The position numbers were made by a program, and so were the translations under genes. This document shows positions 1-9,309 of a stretch of 64,000 bases of DNA, piece after piece. The stretch is from an uncultured candidate division WWE3 bacterium (lineage in GTDB: Bacteria > Patescibacteriota > WWE3 > UBA101185 > UBA10185). The notes under the pieces were generated by a model. That model was given only the letters and a program-made list of their open reading frames with translations. It had not been told where the DNA came from and did no database searches. Within the stretch, counting starts at the first letter, position 1. Each line of letters starts with the position of its first letter. Location: positions 32,762 through 96,761 of the forward strand of contig CAIRNR010000004.1 in NCBI GenBank assembly GCA_903879985.1, given 5' to 3'.

Positions 1-8
1 TTATTTAT

Positions 9-638
9 ATGAATGAACAAAAGAGATCAAATAATAGTACGATTTTTGGTTTAGTAAGTTTCGTAATTATTTCATTACTTGGATTTTTTGCTTTTAAGTC
101 TAATAAAAGTGCCGCCGAAGTAGGAACAAATACAGTTCCGGATACATCTCTACAGGTTACATCAACTCCTGAGTCTGTTTTTAGTGTATATCAAACTTCT
201 CCTTCTACCACACCAACAGATACTCCTACACCTAGTCCAACCGCTACGGTAACACCAATGCCTACCGCGAAAGCTACCTCAACTCCTACGCCAACTCCGA
301 CATTAACTCCCACATTAACTCCCACCAAAGCTTTATCTCCATACAAAGATGGAACATATGAAGCTATGGGTAACTATGGAGCCCCAGACGGTTCTCAGCA
401 AATTGATGTAACTTTACAACTCACAAGTGGGTTGATAACAAGTGCTTCTGTAAAGGCACTCTCTCAACAACATACATCTTTAAGATATCAGCAAGATTTT
501 ATTCAGAACTATAAAGATCAAGTAGTAGGTAAAAAAATTGCAGATCTGAATCTAAATACCGTTTCCGGTGCATCTTTGACCACAGACGGATTTAACTCAG
601 CTCTGAACACTATAAAAAATGAAGCAAATACACTTTGA
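9..638 (+). CDS. Membrane-anchored extracytoplasmic FMN-binding domain protein (RnfG/NqrC/PplA-like).
   Basis: Seen in sequence: an N-terminal TM helix, a Thr/Pro-rich linker, then a C-terminal domain with FMN_bind-like sequence (DGTYEAMGNYG...VTLQL) and a candidate flavinylation motif, TVSGASLTT, resembling the D-x-x-SGAT consensus. It overlaps the apbE start by 20 nt, which suggests translational coupling. Confidence 0.6.
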   Translation: MNEQKRSNNSTIFGLVSFVIISLLGFFAFKSNKSAAEVGTNTVPDTSLQVTSTPESVFSVYQTSPSTTPTDTPTPSPTATVTPMPTAKATSTPTPTPTLTPTLTPTKALSPYKDGTYEAMGNYGAPDGSQQIDVTLQLTSGLITSASVKALSQQHTSLRYQQDFIQNYKDQVVGKKIADLNLNTVSGASLTTDGFNSALNTIKNEANTL

Positions 639-1482
639 AGCCATAGGTACTCGTTGGCAAATTGACTCATTGGACAAACCAATTGAGCAGCAAGTAGTTG
701 ATGCAATTAAGCATCGTGTAGAAATTTTCGAAGACACATATTCAAGGTTCCGCAACGGTTCTTTCGTTGCTAATCTTGCAAGCGATGCCGGAACTTACAC
801 ATTACCTGAAGATGCAAAGCCGCTTTTTGATTTGTACTTTGAACTATATAAAATTACAAATAAAAAATTTACGCCTTTAATTGGGCAAACTCTAGAAGAA
901 TTGGGTTACGATAAAACATATTCTTTTAAAGCAAATATTCCTACAAAGCTAGATGATTTGAGTCAGGTAGCGAGTTATCAATATCCTAAATTAACAATCG
1001 CAAAGCCTGTACGCTTAGACTTTGGTGCCGCAGGAAAAGGTTACATCATAGATATAGTCTCAGACTTACTAAAGGAAAGTGGTTATACTGAGTTTATTGT
1101 GGATGCCGGTGGCGATATTGTTCACTATTCTAAAAGTGGCAAGGCAGTCCCTGTAGGATTAGAGAATCCAATAAATATTTCAGAAGCAGTTGGTGTGGCA
1201 ACAATAGATAACCGTAGTATTTGCGGTTCGTCGGGGAATCGCCGCAAGTGGAGTGTTTACACTCATATAATTGACCCTGAAACTTTAGCTTCGCCAAAGA
1301 ATATTTTGGCTACATGGGTTGTTGCAAAAAACACTATGCTGGCCGATGCGCTATCCACTTGTTTATTTTTAGCCGATCCAGCAAAACTTCAAGAGCATTA
1401 CGACTTTGAATACCTTATAATATATGAAGGTCAGAAAGTCTCCGTTTCCGATAATTTTCCGGCCGAACTTTTCTATGTTTAA
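619..1482 (+). CDS. apbE: ApbE-family FAD:protein FMN transferase (flavin transferase).
   Basis: The 287-aa product has the ApbE hallmark DFGAAGKGYIIDIV, matching the conserved D-x-G-[GA]-I-A-K-G-Y stretch, and the length and order expected of ApbE. It sits between an FMN_bind protein and an RnfD-like reductase. Confidence 0.75.
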   Translation: MKQIHFEAIGTRWQIDSLDKPIEQQVVDAIKHRVEIFEDTYSRFRNGSFVANLASDAGTYTLPEDAKPLFDLYFELYKITNKKFTPLIGQTLEELGYDKTYSFKANIPTKLDDLSQVASYQYPKLTIAKPVRLDFGAAGKGYIIDIVSDLLKESGYTEFIVDAGGDIVHYSKSGKAVPVGLENPINISEAVGVATIDNRSICGSSGNRRKWSVYTHIIDPETLASPKNILATWVVAKNTMLADALSTCLFLADPAKLQEHYDFEYLIIYEGQKVSVSDNFPAELFYV

Positions 1483-2986
1483 GAAATACATCAACGATAA
1501 TTCCATGTACAGCATTGTACTCAATGCTTTAGTTGCTATTATTCTTGGCGCATTTTTGTTCGCAACATTTGGTTGGGTGTCTCTAAACGCTTGGAATTTA
1601 TTGTTGTCGCTATTTGTGATTTTAAGTGTTGGATTTGTTTCCAATTACACTTTAGGAAAAATATTTAAAGTACACGTTAATCGTGAATCTTCTATTATTG
1701 CTTCGCTAGTTTTGTTTTGTATTTTGGTTCCTGCCAAATCACCGCGAGAACTTCTAATACTTGCGTTGGTTTCGCTATTGGCGCAGCTATCAAAATACGC
1801 ATTTGTTTGGAACAGAATACATATATTTAACCCAGCTGCGGTTGGCGCGTTTATGGCAACCTTAATTTTCAATTACCCTGTTACTTGGTGGGTAAGTAGC
1901 AAAGTTATGCTGCCTTTAGTTGCTTTAGCTGGTTTAACTGTTGTCATGAAAACCGGTAGAAAATATATGGTAGCTGTATTTTTTGTTGTTGCCTATTTAA
2001 CTCTAATTTTAAATTATGGCGATAGTATTCCATTTTTAAATCTGTCAAAACAATTTTTCACCGCATGGCCAACAGTTTTCTTTGCCACAATAATGTTAAC
2101 TGAACCTTTAACGATGCCAAATATCAAACGTTTTCAAATTGGTTACGCTGTTTTTATAGGTTTATTGTTTGGTATGACCTTTAATATCGGTCCAATTTTT
2201 TCAACTCCTGAGCTAGTTTTGCTAATAGGAAACTTGGCTGTATTCGTTCTTAAACCTAGATCACGCTATATTTTATCTCTAAAAGAAATCAAGACATTAA
2301 ACCCTGAAACAAAAGAATTTGTGTTTAATACAGATAAAAAAATAAATTTTAAAGCCGGTCAATATATGGAACTTGAAGTCCCTCATAAGCATGCGGATTC
2401 TCGTGGTTTACGCCGATACTTTACAATATCCTCGTCACCCCAACAAAAAGAAACAAGCTTTGGAATTAAATTTAACAAAGGTGGCAGTAGCTATAAAAAC
2501 GCACTAAGTAAAATTAAAGTTGGAGAAGAAATTTACGCTACACAGTTAGGCGGAGACTTTGTTTTAAAAAACAACTCGGATAAATCTTCTAACTATGTAT
2601 TTATTGCTGGTGGCGTAGGTATAACTCCGTTTATAAGTATGATCAGGAATTTAATCGATAAGCCTACAGGTGCAAATGTCACTTTGTTCTATACTGTGAG
2701 GCGTGTTAAAGATATTGCTTACAGAGAATTATTAGAATTAGCGGCAAGTTCCAAGGTTATTAATTTATTTTATGTTGTTACAGACGAGCAGTCACTTATT
2801 GACGATAAGAATTTTATCTATGGGACACTTTATCCGATCAAGATTATAAACAATGTTAAAAACGCACTTAGTGCTAATTACTTTATTTCAGGTCCACCTG
2901 CAATGGTTGGACATTTTGCTGCCAATCTAAAGAAAAACGGTGTTAGTGGAAATAAAATTCATACTGACTTTTTCCCAGGTTTTTAA
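1475..2986 (+). CDS. Fusion of an RnfD/NqrB-like polytopic membrane domain with a C-terminal FNR-type FAD/NAD(P)-binding reductase domain.
   Basis: The ORF track gives 1424..2986. An ATG at 1475 (MFKKY...) overlaps the apbE stop, giving ATGTTTAA coupling. The N-terminal part (about 280 aa) has roughly 8 TM helices and the RnfD/NqrB-type motif HIFNPAAVG. The C-terminal part carries RRYFTISS (the FAD R-x-Y-S/T motif) and FIAGGVGITPF (NAD(P) G-G-x-G-x-x-P), as in the ferredoxin-NADP reductase family. Confidence 0.65.
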   Translation: MFKKYINDNSMYSIVLNALVAIILGAFLFATFGWVSLNAWNLLLSLFVILSVGFVSNYTLGKIFKVHVNRESSIIASLVLFCILVPAKSPRELLILALVSLLAQLSKYAFVWNRIHIFNPAAVGAFMATLIFNYPVTWWVSSKVMLPLVALAGLTVVMKTGRKYMVAVFFVVAYLTLILNYGDSIPFLNLSKQFFTAWPTVFFATIMLTEPLTMPNIKRFQIGYAVFIGLLFGMTFNIGPIFSTPELVLLIGNLAVFVLKPRSRYILSLKEIKTLNPETKEFVFNTDKKINFKAGQYMELEVPHKHADSRGLRRYFTISSSPQQKETSFGIKFNKGGSSYKNALSKIKVGEEIYATQLGGDFVLKNNSDKSSNYVFIAGGVGITPFISMIRNLIDKPTGANVTLFYTVRRVKDIAYRELLELAASSKVINLFYVVTDEQSLIDDKNFIYGTLYPIKIINNVKNALSANYFISGPPAMVGHFAANLKKNGVSGNKIHTDFFPGF

Positions 2987-3017
2987 CCTATATCTCATTC
3001 CAACATAAATAGTATAA

Positions 3018-3461
3018 TTGCCTCAGATGAAAAATATAAAAATATATCAATATATAGCAGCATTTCAAGCCTTAATAGCAATGCTTGGAAGTTTATACTT
3101 TAGTGAAATCTTGCATTTTATTCCGTGTTCGTTGTGTTGGTACCAACGAATTTGTATGTATCCGTTAGTAGCACTCATTTCAGTAGGTATTATTTTTAAA
3201 GATAAGAACTTTTACAAATATGTTTTACCCCTAAGTATTATCGGTTGGGGTATATCTTTGTACCACAATCTTTTGTACTTTAATATTTTGCCAGAAACCG
3301 TGACAGGAAAATGTTTGATTGGTGTGTCGTGTACATTTAGATATGTAACTTTTTTTGGCTTCGTAACGATTCCTTTGCTTTCGTTTCTTGCCTTTACTGT
3401 TATAAATATTTGTATGGGAATATCCGTTAAGTTACAAAAATCTTCTGTTGAACAAATTTAA
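3018..3461 (+). CDS. bdbC: Disulfide bond formation protein B (BdbC-type DsbB).
   Basis: The N-terminal half is near-identical in pattern to Bacillus BdbC: MLGSLYFSEI..FIPCSLCWYQRICMYPL. It has four TM helices and a second Cys pair, CLIGVSC. Confidence 0.8.
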   Translation: MPQMKNIKIYQYIAAFQALIAMLGSLYFSEILHFIPCSLCWYQRICMYPLVALISVGIIFKDKNFYKYVLPLSIIGWGISLYHNLLYFNILPETVTGKCLIGVSCTFRYVTFFGFVTIPLLSFLAFTVINICMGISVKLQKSSVEQI

Positions 3462-3463
3462 TT

Positions 3464-4159
3464 ATGTTTAGCACTATAAACGCATACATCACAAATCTAA
3501 TCGAAGCTCATCCAATAGATCCGTTTACAGATTCGGTGGGTGCGTTTTTATCTCACGGCAGTATCTTTCTACCATTCTTATTTCTGTTAATAGAAGAAGC
3601 TGGTGTGCCGGTTCCAATCCCGGGAGATGCTGTTATAGCCTTTATCGGTTACCAAATTTCACGTGGAAATATTAGTTATGCTGTTTCATTTATTTTATTT
3701 TTGATATCTGTATTGGCTGGTTCTTCAATTTTGTATTACCTGTCATATCGTTATGGTGAAAAGTTAGTAGTTATGGTCGGAAAATATTTGCATGTTAACG
3801 AAAAGAAGTTAACTTTGGCACGATCTGCATTTAAAGAATTCGGACCTATTGCAATTATCTTTGGTCGACATATACCAGGGTTTAGAATTCCAATCACAAT
3901 ATTTGCTGGTTTGTCGGAAATAAAATATAAAACGTTTATCTTATGTGAATTTATTTCAGTTGTGCTTTGGATACCTATTTATCTTTCGATTGGCGAAAGA
4001 TTAGGACCAAAAACAGTAAAGTTATTTCACGCGCATCACTGGTATTTTGTTATTGCAGCAATACCTTTGTTATTTTTCTTGGGCTCGTATATATACGTTA
4101 AGGTTAAAGAATTTCGTCAAAAGAGAAAGCACCAAAGGGAAACTAAAGACTCTGATTAA
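3464..4159 (+). CDS. DedA/SNARE-associated family membrane protein.
   Basis: It carries the DedA signature region HGSIFLPFLFLLIEEAGVPVPIPGDAVIAFIGY and has multiple TM helices. Only 2 nt separate it from dsbB. Confidence 0.7.
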   Translation: MFSTINAYITNLIEAHPIDPFTDSVGAFLSHGSIFLPFLFLLIEEAGVPVPIPGDAVIAFIGYQISRGNISYAVSFILFLISVLAGSSILYYLSYRYGEKLVVMVGKYLHVNEKKLTLARSAFKEFGPIAIIFGRHIPGFRIPITIFAGLSEIKYKTFILCEFISVVLWIPIYLSIGERLGPKTVKLFHAHHWYFVIAAIPLLFFLGSYIYVKVKEFRQKRKHQRETKDSD

Positions 4160-5322
4160 TTTCCAAAAACATATAATTCTTCTTCAGCTCTTGTAACTCC
4201 TGTATATAGCCAACGTCGCCACTGATCGTCATCCATTTTTGAAAAACGTTCTTCAAATATAACAACTCTTTTTGCCTGACTACCTTGAGCTTTATGTACT
4301 GTTAAGGCGTATCCAAAGTCAAACAGATCTCCGTCTTTTGCTTTAAGTCTGTCTTTTGTAAAGTTAACTGCTTCTGTGGCGCCAAACTGTGGAGCGTATA
4401 TTTTTCCACTATAAATTGCTCCCCTATCGTCCATGTCGATTTCAGCTTGATACCACATATCATTTAGCGCAATTATGTCGACAATAGTACCAAGCATGCC
4501 GTTATAAATTCCTTTTTTGTGATTATTTCTTAGGCAAATAACACGGTCGCCTGCTTGTGGTTCCGGTGTTTCATAGCCGAGTGCGTTTCTTACAAATTGA
4601 TTTATTTTGTTTCGTGTTGAATTGTAACCGCAAAGTATTAGCGTGTCTGTGGTGTAGTTTTCTAAAAGTTCCGTACTTGCTTCTGAATAATCAAAATCTT
4701 CATGTGTATATTTAATAACTTTATCGCTATATTTTTTGCCTGGAATCTTTCCAGATTCTCTAGCGTGAATAGAAACTGTAATAATTGGATTACCTTTTGC
4801 TTGTCGATGAATAGTTTCAAGTTTAAGTTGTGGTTCTTGCATCAAATTAAAACTTCCTCGTATTGGTGGCAATTGTCCGTGATCTCCAACTGCAATAATT
4901 GGAATACGATACGATAATAAATCTTGCCAAATTTGTTCGTCAATCATTGAGGCCTCGTCCACAATTATTAGTTCAGATTCTATTTCAAGTTTTTTTGTCC
5001 AACCCGTAATAACTCCTTTAGAGCTTTCAATTGGATCATAAATAAGTCCGTGAATTGTGCTCACTGAATCTGTTGATCTTAGAGTTTTGTTAGCGGTAAG
5101 TTTTTGTTTTAAGTTTTGAGCGGCACGTCCGGTGTAACTGCAAAATGCAACTTTTAGTTTGTCTTTTTGAAGATCGTTAATTTCTTTTTTTATGTGTGCG
5201 ATTAGTGTTGTCTTTCCTGTTCCTGCATATCCGCCTAAAGTAATAAAAGGTGCGCGATCGGGCATGAGATACCAGTTTAAGATTTGTGCTGATGCTACTT
5301 TTTGATCTGGGGAAAGTTCCAT
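4156..5322 (-). CDS. RecD/Pif1/Dda-like superfamily 1 helicase (AAA_30 plus UvrD_C_2 type).
   Basis: Motifs seen: Walker A GGYAGTGKTT, Walker B/motif II IIVDEASMI, and the C-terminal LTVHKAQGSQAKRVV typical of RecD/TraA-type helicases. The start is possibly internal (MPDRAPF), since the annotated start overlaps the dus stop by 28 nt. Confidence 0.6.
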   Translation of the reverse strand: MELSPDQKVASAQILNWYLMPDRAPFITLGGYAGTGKTTLIAHIKKEINDLQKDKLKVAFCSYTGRAAQNLKQKLTANKTLRSTDSVSTIHGLIYDPIESSKGVITGWTKKLEIESELIIVDEASMIDEQIWQDLLSYRIPIIAVGDHGQLPPIRGSFNLMQEPQLKLETIHRQAKGNPIITVSIHARESGKIPGKKYSDKVIKYTHEDFDYSEASTELLENYTTDTLILCGYNSTRNKINQFVRNALGYETPEPQAGDRVICLRNNHKKGIYNGMLGTIVDIIALNDMWYQAEIDMDDRGAIYSGKIYAPQFGATEAVNFTKDRLKAKDGDLFDFGYALTVHKAQGSQAKRVVIFEERFSKMDDDQWRRWLYTGVTRAEEELYVFGN

Positions 5323-6284
5323 TTGGCAATTGTATCATTTACTTGTTGATAGTTTTTGCACATCATTAAAGTTTGCCTAAGTTCATCGGCACCTTTAAAG
5401 TTATTTACGTACATTTTGAAAAACTTTTTTAATGTTTCGAAATATTTTGAGTCTCCGTATTTTTGGTAAAACATTTCGTTATGCTTTAAAAGTAGGTCTA
5501 TATAATTTTTTGTTGAATGTGGGGTTGTGTTTTCGTTTTTTTCAAATACCCAAGGATTGTAAAATATTCCGCGACCAATCATTATGCCGTCAACGCCATA
5601 AGTTTTATGTTTTTCTAAAACGTTTGCATAACTTTTAACATCGCCGTTTCCGATTATTACTGTTTCAGGTGCTAACGAATCGCGAAGTTTTACTGCTTTA
5701 CCTATTTCTTCCCAGTGCGCGTCAACTTTTGATAACTCCTTGGCGGTTCGTGCATGAAGTGTAAGTGCTGATATGTTTTGACTAAGTAAAAACGAAATCC
5801 ATGCTTGAGTATCCTCTGGTGTTTTATTCAAGCGTGTTTTTACACTTATTGGTAAATCTCCGCAACCGCGTCTAACAGCATCAATCAATTCGGCAGCAAC
5901 TTCAAAGTTTCCGATTAATGCCGCGCCGGATTTTTTAGCCATAACTGCGTGTGCCGGGCAAGCCATGTTTATGTCAATGCCGTCGAATCCTAGTTCTTTA
6001 ACCATTTGAGCTGACTGAAAAAAATGTTCAGGTGTTGATCCCCAAATTTGGGCGACAATCGGACGCTGGGTTTCGTTAAAAAATAATTTTCTACCTACTC
6101 TCTCTTTGTTTCCGCGAACTAATCCGTCGGCGCTGACAAATTCTGTAAACATAACATCAGGTTTTGCTGTGGTTGTTACAAGTTCTCTAAATACAACATC
6201 GGTTACGTCGTCCATGGGAGCCAGGACTGTAAAAGGTTTATTTAGTTTTATCCAAAAGTTTGATGTGTTTTGCACGGAAGACAT
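5295..6284 (-). CDS. dus: tRNA-dihydrouridine synthase (Dus family TIM-barrel flavoenzyme).
   Basis: It has the N-terminal LAPMDDVTDVVFR (compare Dus LAPMAGVTD..FR), a catalytic Cys region, and a length of 329 aa. Confidence 0.75.
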   Translation of the reverse strand: MSSVQNTSNFWIKLNKPFTVLAPMDDVTDVVFRELVTTTAKPDVMFTEFVSADGLVRGNKERVGRKLFFNETQRPIVAQIWGSTPEHFFQSAQMVKELGFDGIDINMACPAHAVMAKKSGAALIGNFEVAAELIDAVRRGCGDLPISVKTRLNKTPEDTQAWISFLLSQNISALTLHARTAKELSKVDAHWEEIGKAVKLRDSLAPETVIIGNGDVKSYANVLEKHKTYGVDGIMIGRGIFYNPWVFEKNENTTPHSTKNYIDLLLKHNEMFYQKYGDSKYFETLKKFFKMYVNNFKGADELRQTLMMCKNYQQVNDTIAKWNFPQIKK

Positions 6285-6291
6285 TTTATCA

Positions 6292-6570
6292 TTAAATGCT
6301 ATCGGACGTCATTGGGTGCAGTGTCGCGGATTTAGTTAGTTGGGCTTTTTCTGTGTGAGTAAGCTTTTTTAGCTGATATTCTCTTTTTAAGGATTCGCTG
6401 AGTGTTTGATATTCCTCAAAGTATTTAATAGTTATTGGTCTCTTGTTATGTGTATATTTAGCGCCTTTTTTAGAAGAATTGTGCTCGGTTTCGCGACGTT
6501 TAATATCGGTTGTATAGCCGCAGTAGTAGGTTTTGTCGGCGCATTGGGCAATGTAAACGAAGTAGGTCAT
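6292..6570 (-). CDS. GIY-YIG nuclease domain protein (UPF0213-like).
   Basis: The sequence YFVYIAQCADKTYYCGYTTDIKRRETEHN is a canonical GIY-x10-YIG...R...E...N arrangement. The protein is 92 aa. Confidence 0.65.
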   Translation of the reverse strand: MTYFVYIAQCADKTYYCGYTTDIKRRETEHNSSKKGAKYTHNKRPITIKYFEEYQTLSESLKREYQLKKLTHTEKAQLTKSATLHPMTSDSI

Positions 6571-6739
6571 TGTTATAGTCTAGCATTGTTCCCGCGCTGT
6601 GTTTGCCTATAGGTTACACGCCTGGTATAATGACCCAAGCGCAAAAACTAAATCGGCAAAATTTAGTTAAATATGTGGCATGGGCGAAAATTAGGCCTGA
6701 TGACGCCACAAAGGGCGATTTGCCCGAAGGAGATTTACA

Positions 6740-7330
6740 ATGTTTGGTTTGACGGAACGAGAGTTTTTTAAGATGTATGTCCGGAGCAATGTTAGCTTCT
6801 GGTTCCTTTCCATGGTGCCTTTTATATTTTTCACTGGACCTTTTTTGGTCTGGACTGGTGCCCAAAAGGAATACTGGTTTATGGTAAAAGATACGCCAGT
6901 GCTTCCTTTTTCCTGGATATCGTTCATTGTGGGATTCTTTATTCTCGCTGTGACGATTATCTTGGTGCTGAAAAAATGGAACCATGTTCGTAACGGGCTC
7001 ATTGCGAATCAGCAAAGGCGGATGCTTATGTTCTATCGCCATAGCCTTGATGAATTAGGTGAGAAGCTTAGTAAAGGTAATATCGCAAGTGACCAGATAC
7101 GGCGTGTTTTATATGCCGCTCGTGATGTGTTAACCTCCGAGATTGATGTGTCATTGGAGGAGCTAAATGGCATAGTACACGAGGATGGAACTTATACTAC
7201 GCTGGTGGCCTATGGTTTTTCAATTTATGTGGATATTATTGAAGATATTCCCACATATACTAAACGGTTGTATGCAAAGTACAATGATGCTCCTTCCGTT
7301 TATGTAAACATTTGGACAGTAAACATGTAG
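6740..7330 (+). CDS. Hypothetical membrane protein (2-3 TM).
   Basis: It has a protein-like composition with TM segments and is followed directly by an intrinsic terminator. The competing minus-strand ORFs (6614..7042 and 6691..7002) are low-complexity and basic. The patch is GC-elevated. Confidence 0.4.
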   Translation: MFGLTEREFFKMYVRSNVSFWFLSMVPFIFFTGPFLVWTGAQKEYWFMVKDTPVLPFSWISFIVGFFILAVTIILVLKKWNHVRNGLIANQQRRMLMFYRHSLDELGEKLSKGNIASDQIRRVLYAARDVLTSEIDVSLEELNGIVHEDGTYTTLVAYGFSIYVDIIEDIPTYTKRLYAKYNDAPSVYVNIWTVNM

Positions 7331-7352
7331 TTCTGATTTGCGCTAAACAGAA

Positions 7353-7386
7353 AACCTCGAACATGCCGATATTCGAGGTTTTTTTA
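7353..7386 (+). terminator. Rho-independent terminator.
   Basis: Hairpin CCTCGAA-(9 nt)-TTCGAGG followed by TTTTTTT. Confidence 0.6.
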
Positions 7387-7435
7387 CGCCCAAAATTCTC
7401 AGTCATTACAAAGCTATTCCTACTAAACTCCTTCC

Positions 7436-7765
7436 ATGAATCGTTATTATCAAAACTATCAAATGCAACCTAATTATCAGCTGCAGCCATATCAGCCTCA
7501 TTACCAAGTAGCCAATGCTTTTGGTCCAGGATTTTTTATACAAATCTTGTTTTGGGGTTTATTGATTCTTGGTTTCGTACTTCTATTTAAATATTTATTA
7601 AGTTCTCATCACGAGCATGAAGTTTCCGCGAAAGAAACTGTTGCTACTCCGATGGCATACGTCCCGCGTGACTCAAAATATTTAGACATAGTTAAAGAAC
7701 GATACGCAAAAGGTGAAATTAACAGAGAAGAATTTGAGCAGAAAAAACTCGATTTTTCGGCGTAA
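7436..7765 (+). CDS. SHOCT-domain membrane protein with a Q/Y-rich N-terminus.
   Basis: It has one TM helix, and the C-terminal AKGEINREEFEQKKLDF fits the SHOCT short C-terminal motif. Confidence 0.5.
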   Translation: MNRYYQNYQMQPNYQLQPYQPHYQVANAFGPGFFIQILFWGLLILGFVLLFKYLLSSHHEHEVSAKETVATPMAYVPRDSKYLDIVKERYAKGEINREEFEQKKLDFSA

Positions 7766-7780
7766 CCTTTTTCCATTAAA

Positions 7781-8677
7781 TTAAAATCCGTAAGTAGTCA
7801 TTGGGTAATTGCCGATTCTGATTCTTTCCAACGAATATATTTCACTATCGCATTGTGTTGCTCCGCTAATCGTTGAGAAAGCTGCAACGTAACCATTATT
7901 TTTTAGCATATCAATCACGTGATCGTTATATGATCCTGAAGGATACGTATAAACCGGATCAATTTTTCCTAAATCTTTTTGAAGTGTTGCAATAGAATTT
8001 TTTGTTTCACTGTTTACAACTTCATCAGTTTGAAAAGCTAGCAACAAGTGGTTAACACCATGTGGGTAGAACGCCGCATATTTTGATTTATCCATTGCTT
8101 GCAAAGTTTTTATTCCTAAGTAACCACCTTTATCTATAAATCCGGTTGGAATCATAAAGTTTAATAAAAATTTATATTTTTCACCTGTAGGCAATGCAAA
8201 TTCATTATTGTCGCTGTAACCGTCATCGAGAGTTATTATTATAGATTTTGCGGGTAACGTGGTTTTATTTTTTAAAGCGTTTACCAAATCCATAACGCCA
8301 ATTGTGTGGTAACCCTGTTTTAATAAGTACGCTAACTGTTGATCAAATACTTGTGGTTCTACAGTAAGTCCCTTTTGATTATTTGCTTCCGCACGTTTCA
8401 TTGGCTGAATATGGTGATACATTAAAATTGGAAGGTGTAAACAATAACCCAAATGCTCGTGAGCTGGTTTTGCTTTTAAGTCGTCGGTTGATTCTGAAGT
8501 TTGGTTTGTATCAATTATTGTAGACAAATCTTGGCTGGTTGGTGTTGTTGGCAGCGGCAGTGCTTGCTTGGGTAAGGATTGTTGCGAATACTTATATGTT
8601 GCAAAAAGGATCGCAATTGAAATTAAGGAGCTAACCAGAATAGTAATTAGGAATCTTGCACCGAACTTACTTTTCAT
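7781..8677 (-). CDS. Secreted polysaccharide deacetylase (NodB homology domain).
   Basis: It has an N-terminal TM or signal anchor, a Thr/Ser-rich linker, and IIITLDDGYSDN (the NodB TFDDG motif) with downstream His-rich motifs. Confidence 0.65.
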   Translation of the reverse strand: MKSKFGARFLITILVSSLISIAILFATYKYSQQSLPKQALPLPTTPTSQDLSTIIDTNQTSESTDDLKAKPAHEHLGYCLHLPILMYHHIQPMKRAEANNQKGLTVEPQVFDQQLAYLLKQGYHTIGVMDLVNALKNKTTLPAKSIIITLDDGYSDNNEFALPTGEKYKFLLNFMIPTGFIDKGGYLGIKTLQAMDKSKYAAFYPHGVNHLLLAFQTDEVVNSETKNSIATLQKDLGKIDPVYTYPSGSYNDHVIDMLKNNGYVAAFSTISGATQCDSEIYSLERIRIGNYPMTTYGF

Positions 8678-8684
8678 CAGATTA

Positions 8685-9293
8685 TTATACTAGAGTTACA
8701 CCTAAACGTTCTAACTCTGCTACAAAATCTGCAAAGTTTGTGTAAAGGAATGTGTTTATACCAAGACTTTTTGCACCCTCCATTTTACTTTCGTCGTCAT
8801 CAGAATAAAAAATCTCGTTTGGTTCAACCCCAGTTTTAGTAATTAATTGTTGGAATATTTCCGTACTAGGTTTATCTATGCCTGCTTCATAAGATAAAAC
8901 TATTGTGTCAAAATCATCTAGGAATCCAAATCTTTTTTGTAAGCCATTTATTCTTGCTGGAAAATTATTTGAACAAATTACAGTTTTGTATCCGGCACTT
9001 CTAACATTTTTAACATACTGAGCTGCTTCCTCGTTAACTTCATAGCCTTTTATTAATAGGTCACAAATTTCCTGAACTGATAAATTTAATCCCCATTCTT
9101 TTAAAGCCCATGTCCAAAATTCTGTGTCAGACATTTTTCCCAGTTTATACAGCTTATTCATTTGATCGGATTTTAGGAATACTCGTTTTGCTGCGTCTTC
9201 AGAAACTCCAAGTGCCTGAACAGCTTTAATAAAGTTGGATTTACCGTTTAAAAAATATACGCCGTCTAGGTCAAAACATATTGCTTTAATCAT
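8685..9293 (-). CDS. HAD-superfamily hydrolase.
   Basis: The ORF track extends the start to 9449, overlapping the upstream gene. The likely start is the ATG at 9293 (MIKAICFDLDGV = HAD motif I DxDGV). Motif III, SDDDE, lies near the C-terminus. Confidence 0.6.
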   Translation of the reverse strand: MIKAICFDLDGVYFLNGKSNFIKAVQALGVSEDAAKRVFLKSDQMNKLYKLGKMSDTEFWTWALKEWGLNLSVQEICDLLIKGYEVNEEAAQYVKNVRSAGYKTVICSNNFPARINGLQKRFGFLDDFDTIVLSYEAGIDKPSTEIFQQLITKTGVEPNEIFYSDDDESKMEGAKSLGINTFLYTNFADFVAELERLGVTLV

Positions 9294-9309
9294 ATGTGTA
9301 ATTTTATCA

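Noticed and set aside
1369-1872. Minus-strand ORFs 1369..1644 and 1645..1872.
   Set aside because: They are embedded antisense in the apbE and RnfD-like::FNR genes, which have strong motif support.
4702-6339. Antisense ORFs inside the helicase and dus genes (4702..4917 +, 5432..5638 +, 6106..6339 +).
   Set aside because: They lie entirely within well-supported conserved genes on the opposite strand and translate to low-complexity sequences.
6614-7042. Minus-strand ORFs 6614..7042 and 6691..7002 opposite the 6740..7330 plus-strand ORF.
   Set aside because: They have basic, low-complexity translations without domain-like features. The plus-strand ORF has TM segments and is followed directly by a canonical terminator in its orientation.
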